Shown here: positions 1 to 13,405 of the stretch, piece by piece
How positions within the stretch are numbered: position 1 is the first letter of the stretch
Layout of the letters: every line of letters starts with the position of its first letter
Source: Azolla caroliniana
Lineage: Eukaryota; Plantae; Polypodiophyta
NCBI GenBank assembly: GCA_043228905.1
Contig: JBHGNT010000006.1
Coordinates: forward strand, 2,356,001 to 2,420,000
Length of the DNA stretch: 64,000 bases
Direction of reading: 5' to 3'
The notes under the pieces: model-generated
Databases searched by the model: none
The model's input: the letters and a program-made list of their open reading frames with translations, nothing else
What the model was told of the DNA's origin: nothing
Translations under genes and position numbers: made by a program

Positions 1-3000
1 GCAGCCTTATCATTAACTAATACATTTTTTTCCCTTTCCCGGGACATCAATAACATGATCAAAATATCTCTTTTGGGAGGTGTAAGAAACTTAGACATTT
101 TTAAACATCGTTGAACTCTTGTATATAAAACAAAACTTCCCATTGCATTATACAATATTTCATTATAGTTTTATGTGAATCTCTCTTCTCATTTTCATAA
201 GACAGAAGCTTTTTAAAGATACCATAAACAACTTCAAAGATAATAAATAATGATAAAACAATATTGTATGTATTTTACTGTCGAATGATCGACTAGTTTT
301 AGAACGTTACGGTTTAGTTGTTTAATGTTACGGTTTAGTCACTGCATTTCAAGGCATATTCTAAGGACTCTAAGTGAAATAATAACAAGATTCACATCAA
401 ATTATCTTATGTAGCAAATAGTTTGGATCTATTCTTTCTTGATAGCATAATGTCATTGTTTCTATTGGCATATATATCAGAATGTTCGAATAATGTTAAA
501 GATGCGTGAAACTTGACCATTTTAGCTTGTTTACAACCAGCTTGAATTCTTCTCAAATGAGACAACTCCATGATTTTTTTTAAAATAATGTGTCCTTGTA
601 TATAGTATGTGCACATGAATATCATCGATATGTTGTTACGGTTACTATAGAATGGAGGTAAAAGAATTCAACTTCACACCTTTTACTTAAATGTAACACT
701 ACCAACATGACAGGATATATAAATAAAATAATGATTATATGTAATATGAGTAGAATCATTGATAATCTCATAGTTTTGTCTTTTATTATCATTGGATGTC
801 TTGATGACTTCGGTTGCAGTTGCTGTTTTGAAAGTTTGGTGCAAAATACTTAGAATGTAAGAGTTCCATATCCTCACATGCATGTTTGGAATGGTACACC
901 ATAATCATAGCGCTTTCTCTTTTAAAGACACACAGGTTAGAATAATCTAACTCTTTTCCACCTTCAACAGATGTTTTCTTACGATGGCAGTCGTCTTGTT
1001 TGTTTCATGGTTCTTAGCTGGAATATGCTTTGTGCTTTCCAAGTATATACCTTTATCTCTAACTTTTTGATGAAAAAAATTTATGTTAATTATAGTAGGA
1101 TGTATACAAAAAATTGGCAAGTTCCATTTTAGTGTATAGAAGGTTATGTTATTGGCTTCACTACACACTTAATGGTTTAATGCTTAACATCTCGAGAAAA
1201 GGTAACATTGACCTTGGGGGGTATCCATAAGTTATATGAAAAAAGAAGACAAAACTAAAATAGCAATAACCTCTACAACTTAACCTTTAGAAAACTTCTC
1301 AACTAACCATCATTTGAACGTAGCTACAAAAGGTCTAGGTATTAGAGAGATTCCAATGAAAAGTAGCGATAAATAAATATAGTCAATTAGGTCAAAGAGT
1401 GGTCTATTAGATTATGGATAACAAACTTTAGTATGTTATTGTTTGATCATAGATGTAATGAATGTAGGGTGTGGAACCCTATTGTGCAACTACTTATATT
1501 TATTTGAGGCAAACGGGTATGGCTTTCCTATGAAGGTGCATTGCCCCTTCCCGTGGTAAGAGTGTACTACTAATGCATGCTCTCCCATTGTAGGGAACAT
1601 AGTCGGTGGGGCATAGTCTGGTTTGGTGGAAAATCTAATATTTAGTTAACCTTAATCACGTTTTATTAGCAAAAAAGTGTGTTGTCCTCCAAGGCCATTT
1701 TGACCACAAGCCCAAAAATGTTATACCAAGTGAATTTAAGAAAGCCATGCCTTAATGTAAAGAGATTTGGTTTGTATAAGCCAAGGTGAACCAAAAACAT
1801 GAAGACTATTCTATAATCAATCATGTAACATGAGATCTGCCACTTTAATGTATTACAAATATCTCTTCATATTGTGTGTAGAAGAATAAGAAGAAGTCTA
1901 TTGATGTCTCTAAGATGTCAATGTTGCATTTGAGGCAAAACTAATGTAGTTGCATAACTTGTTTATGTGCTTGAGAAATGAAAATTGAAACAAATACTAA
2001 ACAAGATAAAAAGAGGGAAATCAAGGTTGGTAAATTTGGCCCATGCTCCACGAGACACATGCACCTTGATTGTACAAGAGCCTTGAGTCAAGCTTTCAAT
2101 GTTTCCCAAATGATGACTCTTGCCTAGTTATCGGGTAGGTGTCTCACTCAAGTCCTAGGTTATCTTTGTTGTCTCTTAAACACATAGATATTGAATACTC
2201 TTCAAAGTGATACCTTTAGGTGAACTCATTTGCCTCCCATTTACCCTATTTGGGCTTATGTAGGTTGTGGAGCTTGTGCTATATCGAAAAGTCAAGTTAA
2301 AGGTGTTGTTTATGCCATTTCAATAGGTGTCAAAGTGCTCTCTATTGTATCAACATCATCGATATAAAACACTAAATATTGACATGGCATCTACATAAAG
2401 ATCCATGACATGATATTTGTAAAACTTTTGGTTCTCAGATTTATTGCACATGGTACAATGGCCCAAACTTCTCTTAAAACAAATTGTGGTGTTTGTCTGT
2501 GATATATCCTCCAATACAATACATCTTCAAATGTCATATATTGACTATATTTCCATCTCAACTATTTCAAGCTTATGTGAGAAGGTTTGTACTCATCCGA
2601 TTAGCGACTTGGTTGAATGATCTAAAAAGGGAAAACATTATTTGACATATAAATGCAACGCACCTTTCAAATTCAATGCATTTCTACATGTAGTGTTCTT
2701 GCCACCTACCATACCAAATTTCCTACTCCGCCCAAAATTGACACCAATGGTGGTCCCAACAAAGCCTTTAAGCCCCTCCTAAGTATTTATACAACTAACT
2801 TATGTAACAAGGCTAGCTAAATATATATTCATAACTTTCTTAACCATCGAATTAGACACATGTTTATATGAGAAATTTGCACTCATGGCATAGTCCAAGA
2901 TCTCAACAGGTGTACAACATATGCTTATTTATGTATAAGTTACAATAAACTTAATTTGCTATCTTACTGCTTTGCATTTGAAACTCTCTATTATTTCTCA

Positions 3001-3005
3001 TGTAG

Positions 3006-3803
3006 CATTGCTACAGATGCATGCCAAGCTATGAGAGACTACAATGAAAATCCAGAAAGTTCAAGCTTCTCAAAACTTTTGCCTTGCTTAAATGCAATAG
3101 ATGCCAACAAATCTCTAGACTTAGCAAAGTTTGCGATAAAGAACTTGCTAAGCCAAATGAATGGTGCCATTGACATAATCAATGAAAGAGAAAAAATGAT
3201 GAGAGTTCTACATCCAACAGGTCCATACAACATCACGCTCAAACACTTTTGTGATCCTTTTGGGCCACCCCCTGATTATCAAGATATTCAATGTTCACCC
3301 AACTATAGCAACTTTTCAACGTTTGAAACGGTAATGTTTTTACTTAACAATCATAACATGAAAACTATCATTTTATGCCAAAGTACACTATATTTGAGGT
3401 AAGAATGGGCTAACCTAGGTTTTTATTGTTTTTATAGGATTATATACAATATCGTTGTGACGAGGATATTGTTCGACATTGTTTTGAGAAGAATACTCCC
3501 ATACCTAGCACCTATTATTCTCAATTCCTCATCTCAATTTCTACATCACAAGAAGTGATAAAGAACTTCCCTTCTTTGTACGATATAATGACATGCAACT
3601 TCATCAAAGTGGCTTTCCAAAGTCTTACAACCAAGCATTGCAACAAACTCCAAACCACATTTAATACTTTATGGATTGGTTTTGCCATTGCCTCCATAGC
3701 TATGATGTCCTTGCAAATAATATGGTTTGCCATTCGGAAACACTTGGCCATTAAAAACATTGTAAAATTTGACTTTATGTGTTATTCATTTGGATTATTA
3801 TAA
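3006..3803 (+). CDS. Last two exons (3006-3330, 3438-3803) of a plant-specific multi-pass transmembrane protein; upstream exons not located
   Basis: Acceptor tgtag at 3001-3005, donor gtaatg at 3331 and acceptor tatag at 3433-3437 join two ORFs in frame. Motifs D-AC-AM---ENP-S----LLPC, CDPF and C-F---F------HC--L------LW-G plus a hydrophobic C-terminal helix match the uncharacterised At1g71110/At2g12400-like family as recalled. Confidence 0.75.
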
Positions 3804-6800
3804 ATAAAAATTACATGATGCTCCTTTATATTGTGCACACAAGGCATGCTCTCTCACAAACCCCAAGTACACTCTTAGTTAATGTAAATAAGATTAAGAT
3901 TTTTGCATAAGGAGAATAAGATTAAGATTTTAGCCTCTCACTCATGTGTGCGCGTGGATGTACTCTATCACTCTAAATTAGTCTATTAACTACTTATTTT
4001 AAAAAGCGACAATAGTGCCAAATAGAGACATCACTAATGTGGTTTGTATTGATTCCTTTTCTTCCAAGCTACCTTACATCACAAGTATTATTTATTTATT
4101 CATTTATTTCAACATTCACAAATAAGTGGTGATGCATTGTATCGTGCTATGCACGAAAAGTCTTGTTTTATATGAGATCGTCACATAAGAAAATCCATAA
4201 GAACATGGGGTACATCCATACACGTTGAATTTAAAGTCTTGGAATAAATTGTTTTGCATGTGAGCTTTGTTAGAAAGGATTTATTATATTTGGTAGATAT
4301 ACACGTCATAGTTACATTGGATGTAATGGGAATGAATAATGGTTCTTCTTGAAAAACAAAACATAAGACATGTGACACTCATCACACATATATGAAACAA
4401 ACAACTCTACGGAGGCCTTTTAAAATCATGACTAAATATTTAGAAATTGATTTCGTCGAGACATCCCTAAGTGGAGGATAATGTTGTCCGTTTGTTTATC
4501 CTTTTCTTCTTTCTTTAAGGTAACAAGCACGCACATTGTATGCTTGTACATGTGCATGTGTTGCTATCTATTACTTACATATTACATAATATCACTCCCA
4601 CATAAACGATTTAATCTCAAAGCAATTAATTGCTAAACATGATCTAACTAGTTATGTATGTTTTATGCACAAACATAATCAACCCCACATAAATGATATA
4701 AATCTCTCTCATGTTTCTTTGTATTGGATTTTGCCTTAGTGGTGACCCATCATACCGTGTTCAAATGTCAATACACAACACTATCGATAATTTTTTTGTT
4801 TGCAATTCATAATGCAATAGAATCTGATTAGACAACCATTGTATTGTAGTTTTATAGGTATTGAGTAGATTTTCATGATAATCCAAATGGCAAAGTTATG
4901 GAAAAAATTAAAAAACATGAACTACCTACATATGCATGAAAGCAACAATGGTTTTATACCAACAAGGTGGATGGCATTCAAGACAAACAAAGGCTTTTTG
5001 GTACAGTTCACAAAACATCATGAGAATCGTAAAAGGATGCTCCCTATCACTTGCTTGATATTATCTTTGTATTGATCAAGTTAAAGGAGTTTTCCAAGAA
5101 GCCTTTGTGGAAATATATGGAAAAAACAAGCATTGGATATTTCAAACATTGCTTTGAATTAATACAAGCACTGTTGTATTTTGGCACTTTCGAAGCTTAG
5201 ACTTCTAAAGCTTTTAGATATGGTAAATAGTGTCCTAGCACTCAATATGAGTATAGACCAAATGCATGACTTGTTGGGCTTCATTCCAAAACATGTGTTC
5301 CAAATATAGGACCTTCTAATCTCTATATGACAATCTTACCTATTGAGCTTTGGTCGTTTAAACCAAAAGTTTCCTTGATTCTACCTCTACATTAAAAGCA
5401 ATTAGAGTAGGCCAGGTAATAACAATGTATAGTGCACATATACCACACCCATCTTGACCACAACATCGTCACACTTATCATAGACAAATAAAGGTCCGTT
5501 TCAATCGGCAATGTAGGCAATTTCCTAGCTTTCAAACATTTAAGCGCTATGGCAATATGATTCTCTTTGTACCTTAGGTGGATCTACTAACTTAGTCATA
5601 TTCATTCTGGTTTGTTGTTCTCAATGGTGAGACAATATCTTAAGATCCAATCTCTCCCTCGATCTTATAGGCCATTTTGGCTTCTGAAAAGATGTCAAGA
5701 TACCCTTTTCCCATTTCTTTTTTCGCCTTTGCAATCAACTCATACAGGGAGGAGAGGGTGTACGAGTTCCCCGGTGGCTCTCGGATTCCAAATCGGCCGC
5801 AACATTTACCATTGTTCCCTTGATATTCTCGTCCATCATTTTCGAGAAATCCGAAAGAAGAATGACTCGTTCCACTATGCTCGTGGGCCCCTGCTCGTTT
5901 GGTCGGAGACATTCATTCCATTTTGGTCGGGCAAGGGCAAAGGGGCCAGACAACAACGATTTCTTCTTCGCGGACACTCTGGGAGGACGGCGCATTAGCT
6001 ATGGTGTTGGGGATATTTTGTTTTTTTGTCCACCCCTTTCTTCTGTTCTCTTGGCAATGATTGATAAGATTTAGTGGGTAGGATGAGTGAATGATTTTGG
6101 ATATTTTCTTTTCTTCTTTTTAACTTTATTTTCCTTCCATGCTGAGGAGAGGAGCATTTCAGACCACTTCTGACCCAATACAACCTCCATCAATACAGAA
6201 ACAGCGCAGACTGCATCAACACACTCTGAACCATTCATTCATTGTCTCCTTTCCCATTTCTGTAAGCTCCCCTCCTTCCTTTAAATCTCTCTTCCATTTC
6301 TTTTGCTTCGAAAAAGTCAGTCCCCCCCCATCAAATCTTTGTTAAATCACAAATTTCTAAAGGAATCTATGTATTTCGGTGCAGGGGCCTTCTCATTGTG
6401 GTTGGGTTTATTTTTTCCATTGTTTGTGTGGATAGGGTGGATTAGCGGTTTTCATTCTGTCTCTTGTTTCTTCATTTTGGGGGGGGGGGGGAGAAGAAAA
6501 TAGTGTCATTTACCCTTTGCTGTATTTTTCCTGGGAATAAATCGAGGTGTTAAATATTGTTTGTGTCTTTTTTTCGCGACGGAAAATGTAACATTAGGTG
6601 TGCTTTTGTTTTCTTGAGATGAAGGTGTACTCATTTTGTGTCTTCTTATTGTGAGGATGAAATTGTGCTCAATTTTGTGACGAAGAAATTGGTGTTTTGT
6701 GTTTCTTTTTTTTAAAATTTTGCGTGTGTGTTTGTGAGGAAGAAGGGGTATTCATTCTGTGAGAGCAAGAAATTGGTTCTCATTCCCATTTCGTGAAGAA

Positions 6801-6926
6801 GAAATTGCTGTTTATCTCTTTCGTATTGTGTTTGTGAAGAAGAACTCTGTATTCATTTTGATATATTCCTGTATTTATTTGTTAACAAGAGGTCGGGCGA
6901 AGAAATCTGGACTGAAAGTAGGTGAA

Positions 6927-9743
6927 ATGAAGGTGCAATGTGATGTGTGTGAGAAGGCACAGGCAACAATATTGTGTTGTGCTGATGATGCAGCTCTATG
7001 TGAGCTGTGTGATGTGAAAGTTCACGCTGCGAACAAACTTGCGGAGAAACACCAACGAATACCCCTTATCTATCCCTCTCCTGATGAGGAGCTTCCCCGA
7101 TGTGACATTTGCCAGGTTTGAATCTGTGCAACCGTTTTGACTTATGAACTTGGTTTCATCATATAACGTATTAATGCACGATCTTTATGCAACCGTTTTA
7201 ACTCACCGAATTGGTTTCATCATGTGCTTATTAAGCTCCATACAATGTGTTGGGCAAATCTGACGAGCACATCTTCTATGGATAATGATCACTCTTTTTT
7301 ACATTCAAAATGGATTGACCACAAGATATTTGGTGCCAGGTTTCATCCAATACATAGTGATCTTTGTGGTCCAACAGGGCCTATTTTGTTTCATTCAAGT
7401 AGATCCATCATAGAATATTTGGTGCCCCTTTATTGCTGTCATGATTTTAGCACGTTATTGTGTTCTGAATTATATCATCTTACAATGATAACAGAAGGAA
7501 GGGAACAAATCGGCATGGATATAAACATTGGTGTGTTTGCGCTCTTCTTATTCTCACTCCTGTAGTTAAAAGGTAGCATGTCATGGTATCGAAATGGCTC
7601 ATGCAACTATAGCTAATGAACATGATAATATAGGTGTTATTAGCAGAGTAGATTGTGATTCCCTGAGGAGTCCAGAAAGAAAGAATTCTGAGTAACATCT
7701 CAAAGTGACCATAGTAGCCTATGAGACCAAACTGTTTATGTTAACTCATCAACATGAGTAAGCAAAAGATAAATTTCTTTTAGTAGTAGCTTCCAAAAAC
7801 TAAACAGCTAATCATGGTGGTTTTGGGGAATGGTTGTTATATGAAAACTGTAACCCATTGAATATTTACATCCCAATACATTTTGGGAATCAGTGTTAGG
7901 TTGTCTTATTGTTAAAATTAATAGTTTGGGCTACTTGTACTTGTGGCAGCCTCAAAGCAGGCAGAAAACCCACGAAAGAATGTTGATGTCCAGGATTCGT
8001 TATAGGCTGTATCAGGTTATCATTTGGGTTCTTTGCTGCTTCACATATGTCTTCTAAGAAATATGCTTTGTTTTTCACCAGGAGAAGAGTGGGCACTTCT
8101 TCTGTTTGGAAGACCGAGCTCTACTCTGTCAGAGCTGTGATTTCTCGATCCATTCTGGAAATGCTTTAGCAGCAAAGCACAAACGTTTCCTACTATCTGG
8201 GATTCGGGTACCCCTCCACGTCATCACCACAGAAAGCATCAAAGGACCATGTAGTGAATCCAAGCAAACTTCACCCACTATAACGCAAAGCCAATCTTCT
8301 TCCCCAAGAGTTGTGAATTCGACACCCAAACCATCCAAAATGCCTGTTCAAGCTCCAAATATGAAAAGTTCAGGGTTTAAAACATCCAACCCCCATCAAC
8401 ATTCTCCTTCTCATTGCAAAAGGGCAGCAGGAATTGATGGAGAAGATCATGATTTTCCGTCTTGTGTAGCTCAACCACCTTTGAAGAAATCTAATAATAA
8501 TATGGGTTCTTTCCCGCCTAATATTGTACCCTTTTCACCTTCACCGACCACTTCATCTCCTGGAAACCAACAGCTTTATTTCAACGCAGAACACTCGCAA
8601 ACAGATTGGGATATATTGGATATGATAGATATGCAGTATAATGGCATGAATCCAAGTGGGGCATCAAGAGGTGGTGGTTTCGTGAGGAGAAATAGTGCTT
8701 CAGAATATATGAATGAGACTATGCCAGGATGGAAAGTAGATGAACTACTTAGCTTCCCTGATATGGCAACAACTCGTGGTACTGCCGAACGTGGGTCTTC
8801 AAAGGTATAGGATGTTTTGTCTTTGGCAACATTTGAACTTCTCATTTTTGCATTGACTTTTTGTGCCAAATGATATGCCAGAAACCTGGAAGCTTCAAAT
8901 GTCAAGTTATGTATAACCATCGTAAAAAACTTGAATAAAGAACATCGTAAACTAGCTCATTTGGGAGGATAAAGCCATGTATTGCCCCATTCTTTTTCTT
9001 TCGTGTGTTTTATTTTCTGGAGGGGCGATTTTGGGAAAACCTGATTTGATACACTGAACTCAATTCATTTTTTGATTTGTTTTGAGCTGATTATTGTTTC
9101 CTTTTTTGGAATATTATGATAATAAGGTTTCATTGGTAATGACTCACAACATTTGAACTCTTCATTTCTTGCTGTTTTTATTCCAATAACTTTATGAAAA
9201 GAAACTTGGGTTTTTTAAGAACTTTGTGATTTCATTGAGAAATGCTCTAAAGCTGTATTTTTTTCTGCTCATTATTAATTAAGAGCGATCAATTTTAGGA
9301 TTCAGCACGTTCAAATGCTAATTTTTTGAGTAAAAAATGTTAGTCTTTCAGTTTTCTCTGAATTATGCTGCTCAAAGTTTTTTGGGTTATTGTTGTTCTT
9401 TTGTTTCTCGATATAAAAGACTCTACAAAGTTCAAAGGGTGTTTTCCTTGTGTTCATGTAGGCTGACACGTCAACAAGTTCTGGAGATATAGATTGGCAT
9501 ATAGAATGCAATGCTTTTGAAGATTTGATGGTGGAAGAGATGGTTGCCGAGGTGCCACTAGTACCATCCCCTCCGACAACCTCGGGTCTTCCAAAATCAA
9601 CTAAACAGTGGAAGTCATTTAAACAATCAGATTTAGTCTTCGCTCAAGGATTTGATAGCCCTCTTGTTGTTCCTGACATTGGCAGCGTATTTTCTCCACC
9701 AGCTTCTCCTAATTCCCCTCCTGAAAGGCTGAAACATCAATAA
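6927..9743 (+). CDS. BBX: Double B-box zinc-finger protein, structural group IV (BBX20-25-like); exons 6927-7115, 8082-8804, 9462-9743
   Basis: MKVQCDVCEKAQATILCCADDAALC..CD..VH.ANKLA.KH.R (B-box1) is followed by LPRCDICQ|EKSGHFFCLEDRALLC..CD..IH (B-box2, split by an intron). It has the SEYMNETMPGWKVDELL motif and a C-terminal VVPDIG VP motif, with no CCT domain. GT-AG junctions keep the frame. Confidence 0.93.
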
Positions 9744-10420
9744 GAAAGATATGCTTTGGTATCTATGAATTGACACTTAGCACAAATCTGTCTTATGCAC
9801 TACAATAAAATGATCACCTTGGTGTCTGCTCGAGATGATCATGGTACGAGCACAGTTGATTGTGGATGTGATAGAAAGTGTGAAATCATCAAAAAACGTG
9901 ATCTGTATGACTGAAAAGTGGGTATTTACTAACTACAGCAACAGTGATGACACTCCGTGGTAAAGAATTAGTTATATATTATAAGGTTATGTAGGTACAT
10001 TTCAGGAGCTAGCTTTGGCCCCTTATCAATCATCTTTTTAGAGGAGTTGACAACATATACATGTTAACAACATATACTAGAAAGAAGAGAATATCTACAA
10101 GCTTTTTTAGCATATTGTATTATACAACATGGAGTCCAGTTGTAACAAAAACCAGATGATCAACTTTTAAAAAAGTGATTGTATCCAATGCTTTATCTTT
10201 ATGAAGAGATCCCAAATTTCAATCATGGATTTATAACATGATGGAAACGGTTCAATATTTGATAAGAATTCTTAGCATGATGTATTCAACAAGAAACCAG
10301 TCATAATGAAGCCTTTCCAGTCAATTTAAAACAAATGATTATTTGCGTTTATGAAGGCCAATCGAAACACTGTATGTTTTTAACGAAAATTACTTTGATC
10401 GTTACACTGATAGTATGCAT

Positions 10421-10620
10421 CATTCTGGAGACTGTTTGTTGTTTATTGTGAAAATGACTCAATTCCCTGTATGTCTGCTTGTGATTCAATGGGGCCATCT
10501 ATCAATGTGTTGTATGAAACCATTATGGAGACTGTTTATTGTTTGTGGTTAAAATGACTCAATTCTACGCACGTATGCTTGTGATTTGATGGGGCTATCA
10601 GTCAATGTTCTGTGTGAAAG
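10421..10620. repeat. Diverged 100-bp tandem duplication (2 copies)
   Basis: catt(c/a)tggagactgttt...aaaatgactcaattc...tgcttgtgatt...tcaatgt occurs at 10421 and 10521. Confidence 0.85.
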
Positions 10621-10922
10621 TTGCACAAAATTGATTAGGAATGGCTTGATCTTCGTGCTGGTTGTTTCCTGACTTGCGCTATGAGACATTAAAACCTAGG
10701 TTTCAGTATCCTCACCATTAACCAAACTAATGGTTGTGAATGCCTCCATGGAATAGAAAGAGTGAGCATGTTAGCCATCAGTTGGATGAATACTTAAAAC
10801 ATACTATTGACTTTTTTGGTCGGTGTCTTGTGTGAAGATGTCGTCGGAAGCAACCAAGTGGAACGTGATGAAAATATGAGATTTACACAAAAGGAAACAA
10901 GGAGAAATAGAAAAGTCTAAAA

Positions 10923-11003
10923 CGTGGACGGCAGGATTCGAACCTGCGCGGGCGAACCCACATGATTTCTAGTCATGCCCGATAACCACTCCGGCACGTC
11001 CAC
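10923..11003 (-). tRNA. trnS-AGA: tRNA-Ser (anticodon AGA)
   Basis: Reverse complement GTGGACGTGCCGGAGTGGTTATCGGGCATGACTAGAAATCATGTGGGTTCGCCCGCGCAGGTTCGAATCCTGCCGTCCACG. It has an acceptor stem, CATGA-CTAGAAA-TCATG anticodon arm, long variable arm and GTTCGAATC T-loop, followed by a TTTT Pol III terminator. Confidence 0.97.
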
Positions 11004-11466
11004 CTTATATTGAAGAACTCAATACATATTCTATTTATTGTAGATAGAGAACTTAGTAACAAACATGATCAATACTGAGAAAACATAGAAAATTCCTCTT
11101 GGCATTGTCCTGCCACCAGTTGAGACACTCGGAAACATAATTTTCCACATTTACTCCGTATACAAAAGGTACTTGAGATCCGAAAGATAATGCCAACTTT
11201 TATTATTATTCCAAGGTTGTTTCACATTTTGGCCCATGGGTATACTTGATATTACTCTATATACGAATGGTATTTAGGGTCCTAAAGATAGGGCGCCAAA
11301 TGTCTTTCATTCGAAGGTCGTTTCACATTATATTAATATTACGAGAATATTAATCACGTTCCAAAATTTTATAATGGAAAACTTTTCTTTTGCTACCACG
11401 GATAACGTTTCACACACAATAATAGGAAATGTCAATATCTCCTTGATGTGTATTTATGAAATTATG

Positions 11467-11610
11467 TCTCTATGTTTTTCCAAAAGAAGAATATACTCCA
11501 TTAGTTAAAATGACATACAATACACAACTTTAGACATTACCTACTTCCATATGGACTACATCACTTATTTATCTTACACTAAATAGCCCACATGTTTGTT
11601 CTCTATGTTT
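11467..11610 (-). mobile_element. Short 5'-truncated copy of the neighbouring LINE 3' end, flanked by an 11-bp direct repeat
   Basis: 11475-11612 is a near-exact reverse complement of 13257-13393. TCTCTATGTTT occurs at 11467-11477 and 11600-11610. Confidence 0.75.
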
Positions 11611-12359
11611 TCTTTCTTTGCTTTAGAAATGGATGTCTCATCTATCTACCCACGATATTTTTCTATGAAAGGGCAATCAATGCCTAAGCACGAAAATGTA
11701 GGACTTAAGGTCAAGAAAAAAACTTCTTCAAGATAATGTGAATTGCAAGAGTTTTGATTGGGTTAAAACAAATATTTACATTCTTTTGTCATTATGTTGG
11801 AAATCCAAAATTGATGAGAAGTTGGAAATTTTATGTTTAAAGTGCATCCATTAGAGACTTTGTTATTGATGTTGAAAGTTTATCCACATACCATTATTTA
11901 TAGTGAACAATTTCACCTATTTTCTTAGATCCATTATGTGCAAACCATTATGATACCTCAATTCTATTCTTTAATGTGATTTGGCATATATCTTACAAAG
12001 GTTGGTGATAAAATTACTCACGTTGTGATTAGTGGAAAAGAGCATTGTAAAGACATTTTTTAGGACAGAGACGTTCAGGAGCTTGAACTGAAGTAAAAAG
12101 CTTTGAGATTATTGCGTGGAATGTAACATGAGGCCCAAAACTTTGGATTTGAAACCACGACCTATAGCAAACTTTGTTTATAGTTATGCTCTCTAATGAA
12201 TGTTTACACGACATATGCTCCAAAATATTTCTTTGCCAAGCCTCATGGGTTGGTCTCAACTCCTAGCTCCTTTGCCCTCCAATCCCGACTAGGCTAATAT
12301 AATTGTGTCTTGACTTCTCATCATTATTCCTTATTTACCCAAACATTTCTACAGGTGAT

Positions 12360-13405
12360 CTTTCCAAAAACTCAATAAAGGCAAGGAGAACTCAAGGTCA
12401 AAGTGATGGTGCCAAGTTAGTGCAATTTTTCAGGTACAACACGAAAATCGGGAGGCAAATTATACTAAAACAAGAACACACAGATATTGCAGCTCGTAAA
12501 TTTTGGATACAATAGGGCATTAGTGAAAGGAGATTAGCTAAATTCTGGAAAATGATATGGCACGACAATGGTGACCGTTAGATAAGGATGTGCTTATGAC
12601 TTATTGTGCATAGAGCCTTGTTAGTAGGGGTGTGGGCGAAAAGCCCCAATGTAAACCCTAGATGTAGTGCATGTGGACAACTAGAAAGCATTTCTCATTG
12701 TCTCTGGGAATGTCATGAGGCTACGGCTGTATGGTGAAGGGCATTACGATTGCTTTGCCATGCCTCTAGCTCATTTACCCTCAATTGGGGACATGCTTGT
12801 TGTAATTGTCTTGATGATGACGTAGAGAAATTTGACAACACATGTACAACTATGTACAAAGGGGAGAATGGAACTACTTGATTGATCACTGGTAACAGTG
12901 CACCTACAAGTAATGCCCAAAAGCAGAAAATTGGAGATCTATGGATGTTGCTAGCACCCATCATCATATGGAACATTTGGACTGCAAGATGTAACAGGGT
13001 ATTTTAAGCAAACAAACGGCCTCCAACAGAGTCTATTAAGCTAATATGGCACACATTAATAACTACATTGAGGGCCCAATATGAGCGGATTGATGGAACA
13101 AATGATGCTTCAGAATTAATGAGGCTGAATTTCAAAAAACGATGGTGTACTACACCGATGGCTGCAGAATTTGGAGTGGATATACGATGGCAGTACGTAG
13201 TACCGAGATGGTTGTTCCCCCCTCCCATTAGATGATAGTGGGGCGTGAATGACATGAGAAACATGGAGAACAAACATGTGGGCTATTTAGTGTAAGATAA
13301 ATAAGTGATGTAGCCCATATGGAAGTAGGTAATGTCTAAAGTTGTGTATTGTATGTCATTTTAACTAATGGAGTATATTCTTCTTTGGAAAAAAGAAAAA
13401 AGAAA
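12360..13405 (+). mobile_element. Decayed L1-type LINE 3' fragment (zf-RVT cysteine region, 3' UTR, A-rich tail)
   Basis: Frame reads FWKMIW..*IRMCL*LIVHRAL....CSACGQLESISHCLWEC.EA..VW*, the CxxC..E...HxxxxC motif of L1 ORF2 C-termini, with in-frame stops. It ends in aaaaaagaaaaaagaaa at ~13389-13405. Confidence 0.8.

Noticed and set aside
5612-6074. Overlapping ORFs in a GC-richer patch upstream of BBX
   Set aside because: No recognisable domain or splice structure; more likely promoter-proximal sequence.
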